The translations under genes were made by a program, and so were the position numbers. A stretch of DNA of 64,000 nt. It comes from Nitrospirota bacterium (GTDB taxonomy: Bacteria; Nitrospirota; Thermodesulfovibrionia; Thermodesulfovibrionales; UBA9159). The DNA is taken from positions 576,001 through 640,000 of the forward strand of contig CAVOUE010000003.1 in NCBI GenBank assembly GCA_963699545.1. Direction: 5' to 3'. Shown piece by piece: positions 60,867-64,000 of this stretch (within the stretch, counting starts at the first letter, position 1; every line of letters starts with the position of its first letter). The notes under the pieces were generated by a model. The model ran no database searches. It saw only the letters and a program-made list of their open reading frames with translations, and was not told where the DNA came from.

Positions 60867-62101
60867 CAGTAAATGGGAAAACGCTGGCAGAGGGTTTTTA
60901 CGCGCTGGGCAAGGTGGCTCATCTCATTCGGGTTCTTACAGTTCTTCAGCACCTTCTCTATAATGTCCGCTATTTCAACCATTTCTTCTTCTCCCATGCC
61001 TCTTGTGGTGACGCACGGGAGTCCCGAGCCTGATCCCGCTGGTGACAGCAGGCGGTCTTGAATCATAGGGGATGGTGTTCTTATTAACGGTTATGCCTGC
61101 ACTGTCGAGGGCCTCTTCAGCCTCTTTCCCCGTAACAGGGGAATCCGAGAGATCAACGAGCATCAAGTGGTTGTCGGTTCCACCGGAGATGATCCTGAAT
61201 CCTCTCTTTATCAGTTCCTGCGCAAGCCTTTTTGCGTTTCTTACCACCCGTTCCTGGTAGATCTTGAAATCCTTGCCTAATGCTTCTTTCAGGGCAACCG
61301 CCTTAGCGGCAATGACATGGACCAGGGGCCCTCCCTGTATTCCGGGAAAGATCATCTTGTCGATGGCCTTTCCATGTTCGGCCTTGCACATGATCATGCC
61401 GCCCCTCGGGCCCCTGAGGGTCTTGTGGGTTGTGGTCGTAACAAAATCGGCGTAGGGAACAGGTGAAGGATGTAGCCCCGTTGCGATAAGTCCGGCGATG
61501 TGTGCGATATCAGCCATGAAGAAGGCCCGGCCTCTTTTGCGATATCGGAGAATGCCCTGAAGTCCAGGACCCTCGAATAAGCGCTTGCACCTGCGATGAT
61601 CATCTGCGGCTTGTGCTCCAGGGCGATCTTCCTCAGCCCCATCATAGTCGATATAGCCGGTATTCCTGTCCACGCCGTAGGAAATGCTCCTGAAGAGAAG
61701 GCCGGAGAAATTCACTGAAGCGCCGTGGGAGAGGTGCCCGCCTTGGTTGAGGCTCATGCCCGAGAATAGTATCTCCCGGGCCTCAGAAACGAGAAATAGA
61801 CCGCCATATTCGCCTGGGACCCTGAATGGGGCTGCACATTGACGTGCTCAGATCCAAAGAGTTCCTGGCCCGCTTTATCGCAAGGATTTCGACCTCATCC
61901 GCGTATTCGCACCCGCCGTAATAGCGTCTGCCCGGGATATCCTTCGGCATATTTGTTCGTAAAAATAGAGCCCTGCGCCTCAAGGACCGCATTGCTCACG
62001 TAGTTTTCGGACGCGATGAGTACGATCTTCTCTCTTTCCCTCTGCATTTCCTGCTGAAGAGAGCCATACACCTCCGGGTCAGCAGCTTTGAGATGTTCCA
62101 T
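60866..62101 (-). CDS. glyA: Serine hydroxymethyltransferase (several frameshifts, likely sequence errors)
   Basis: [35 protein letters not shown] and FPIY distributed over frames. Confidence 0.95.
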
Positions 62102-62556
62102 ATCCCGATCCCTTCACTTTACTCTCTATGCGGAGTATCTTGTCCAGCCTGTTCACATGCCTTCCGGCTTCAAAAGGTGTGGTGAACCACACCCGTACTA
62201 TCTCTTTTGCAAGGTCTTTCCCCACGATCCTGCCCCCGATCACCAGAACATTCGCATCGTTGTGCAGCCTGCTCATCTTTGGCGGTGAACAGGTCATTGC
62301 AGAGAGAGGCCCGTATACCGGGGAATTTGTTGGCCACAATGGACATTCCTATTCCGGTGCCGCAGATGAGAATTCCCCTGTCCATGCCTCCAGAACTGAC
62401 AGCACTGGAGACCTTCTCCCCGAAATCAGGATAGTCCACCGATTTAGGGACGTCGGTACCATAGTCGACGCAGTCAAATCCCATATCTTTAAGGAGGGAG
62501 ATAAGTTCCAACTTGAGTTCCAAGCCGGCATGATCACAACCGATTCCAATCTTCAT
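62079..62556 (-). CDS. rpiB: Ribose-5-phosphate isomerase B (frameshift near 62280)
   Basis: DHAG; DYPD; CGTGIG; HNDANVL; GRH. Confidence 0.95.
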
Positions 62557-62705
62557 TCTCACCTCAGCTACTTATCTTAGCCGAGGAATTCTGCCTAAGT
62601 CAAGGAAGCAAAAAACAGGGTACAGAGCGAATCCCGGGCAGGCATGAGCATCCTGAAAGACACGGTCCTGCTGCAGCAGTCCGACCGCTTATGGTATTCT
62701 TAGAT

Positions 62706-64000
62706 ATGAATTTGTGCCGTTTTGAGAAACCGAGCAGATATATCAATCGGGAGCTGAACTCCATTCACAAGAATGCTGAGGTCAGGGTCGCCCTTGCATT
62801 TCCTGACATCTACGATGTGGGAATGTCCCACCTTGGCCTGAGAATACTCTACGGGATCATAAATGACCTGCCCTTTGCCGCTGCGGAAAGGGTCTTTTCC
62901 CCATGGCTTGATATGGAAGCTGAGATGAAGGCTCGGGGGATTCCCCTGGTGTCTCTCGAAACGAAAAGACCGGTAAGGGACTTCGACATCGTGGGCTTCA
63001 GCCTCCAGTATGAGCTCTCCTATACCACGGTCCTTAACATGCTCTCTCTTGCCGGAATACCGTTGAGGTCCGAGGCCAGGGGTGAGAAATATCCTTTGAT
63101 CATTGCCGGGGGGCCGTGCACAGTGAACCCCATACCCATGTCCCCCTTCGTGGATGCCTTTCTCATTGGCGATGGGGAAGACGCCGTCCGGGATATCCTG
63201 GGAACTTTCTATGAATGGAGGACGGAGGGTGACGGCAGGAGAGAGTCTCTCCTGAGAGGGCTTTCGGAAATAGAAGGGATCTATGTTCCGGGTATCCACA
63301 GAAATCCCCCTGCATCCCGCGATAAATTTCCCCATTCCTCCTTTGCCAACGAGGGGAGTAAAGCGGGATTCGTAAGGAGACGCTACCGGGAATTTCTTGA
63401 CGATGCGCCGTATCCGGTTGCGCCTGTGGTCCCCTACACGTCCATAGTCCATGACAGGATCACCATCGAGCTTTCCAGAGGCTGTAGCATGGGGTGCAGG
63501 TTCTGTCAGGCCGGCATGATCTACCGGCCATTGCGCGAGCGAAGCCCTGAAAGGGTTTTGCGGATTGCGGAGGATTCCCTGAAAAATACGGGGCACGAAG
63601 AGATATCCCTCACCTCTCTCTCCGCCGGGGATTACAGCTGCCTTTTGCCGCTGGTGAAGGAGATGAACAGGAGGTTCTCCCGAAAGGTTGTCTCTCTTTC
63701 CCTCCCGTCCCTGCGGGTCGCCGCGGTGGACAGGGATGTGCTGCGTGAGATAAAGACGGTGAGAAGAACGGGGTTCACCATGGCTCCCGAGGCTGCCACC
63801 CCGAGGCTCAGGGGCGTGATCAACAAGGACTTTGGCGATGAGGACTACGAGCGGGCGCTGCACGCCCTCTTTGCAGAAGGCTGGGAAAGCATCAAGCTCT
63901 ATTTCATGGTGGGCCTGCCGACTGAAACGGATGAGGATGTGGAGGCGATCCCTGAAATGGCGCTCAGGGCCATAAAGACCGCAAAGAAGTATTCCCGAAG
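62706..64000 (+). CDS. B12-binding-like radical SAM protein (TIGR03960-like), 3' truncated; not in ORF track
   Basis: Hand translation MNLCRFEKPSRYIN...FPDIYDVGMSHLG...GFSLQYEL...RGCSMGCRFCQAG...APEAA...KLYFMVGLP. Confidence 0.9.
   Translation, partial: MNLCRFEKPSRYINRELNSIHKNAEVRVALAFPDIYDVGMSHLGLRILYGIINDLPFAAAERVFSPWLDMEAEMKARGIPLVSLETKRPVRDFDIVGFSLQYELSYTTVLNMLSLAGIPLRSEARGEKYPLIIAGGPCTVNPIPMSPFVDAFLIGDGEDAVRDILGTFYEWRTEGDGRRESLLRGLSEIEGIYVPGIHRNPPASRDKFPHSSFANEGSKAGFVRRRYREFLDDAPYPVAPVVPYTSIVHDRITIELSRGCSMGCRFCQAGMIYRPLRERSPERVLRIAEDSLKNTGHEEISLTSLSAGDYSCLLPLVKEMNRRFSRKVVSLSLPSLRVAAVDRDVLREIKTVRRTGFTMAPEAATPRLRGVINKDFGDEDYERALHALFAEGWESIKLYFMVGLPTETDEDVEAIPEMALRAIKTAKKYSR

Noticed and set aside
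62700-63863. 387-aa minus-strand ORF
   Set aside because: Shadow of the plus-strand radical SAM gene with CxxxCxxC.

Overview
Bacterial chromosomal window. The gene set (HARP RNase P, multiheme cytochromes, sigma54 promoters, a GEMM-I riboswitch) suggests an anaerobe of Nitrospirota or deltaproteobacterial type; this is inference. Bases 1-13542 are one arm of a Tn7-like transposon. It holds a TnsA-domain transposase that the ORF track missed (minus strand, 784 to the window edge, probably a TnsA-TnsB fusion). A divergent RecA-cleavable Xre/S24 repressor lies beside it, with back-to-back promoters and three operator repeats. About 12 kb of nuclease, helicase and HEPN cargo follows, including a gene behind a highly structured RNA leader. 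The element ends in four TnsB-type repeats and ...ACGGCACA at 13542. The rest is mostly core genome: two small Cys proteins behind Pho-like boxes, HARP, lapB, rsfS, nadD, rmuC, a kinase/STAS-wHTH pair, lysA-dapF-dapA, nth, and a cGAMP-type riboswitch ahead of a flavoprotein/cNMP-GAF operon. Further along are envelope glycosylation genes, an RND pump, a RelE/RHH toxin-antitoxin pair, dnaJ-hspR-clpB with a HAIR operator, a sigma54 multiheme cytochrome cluster, rfbFG, nrdR-glyA-rpiB and a radical SAM gene. Several essential genes contain indels that look like assembly errors. No CRISPR array, tRNA or rRNA was seen. All family calls come from motif recognition by eye, not database searches.
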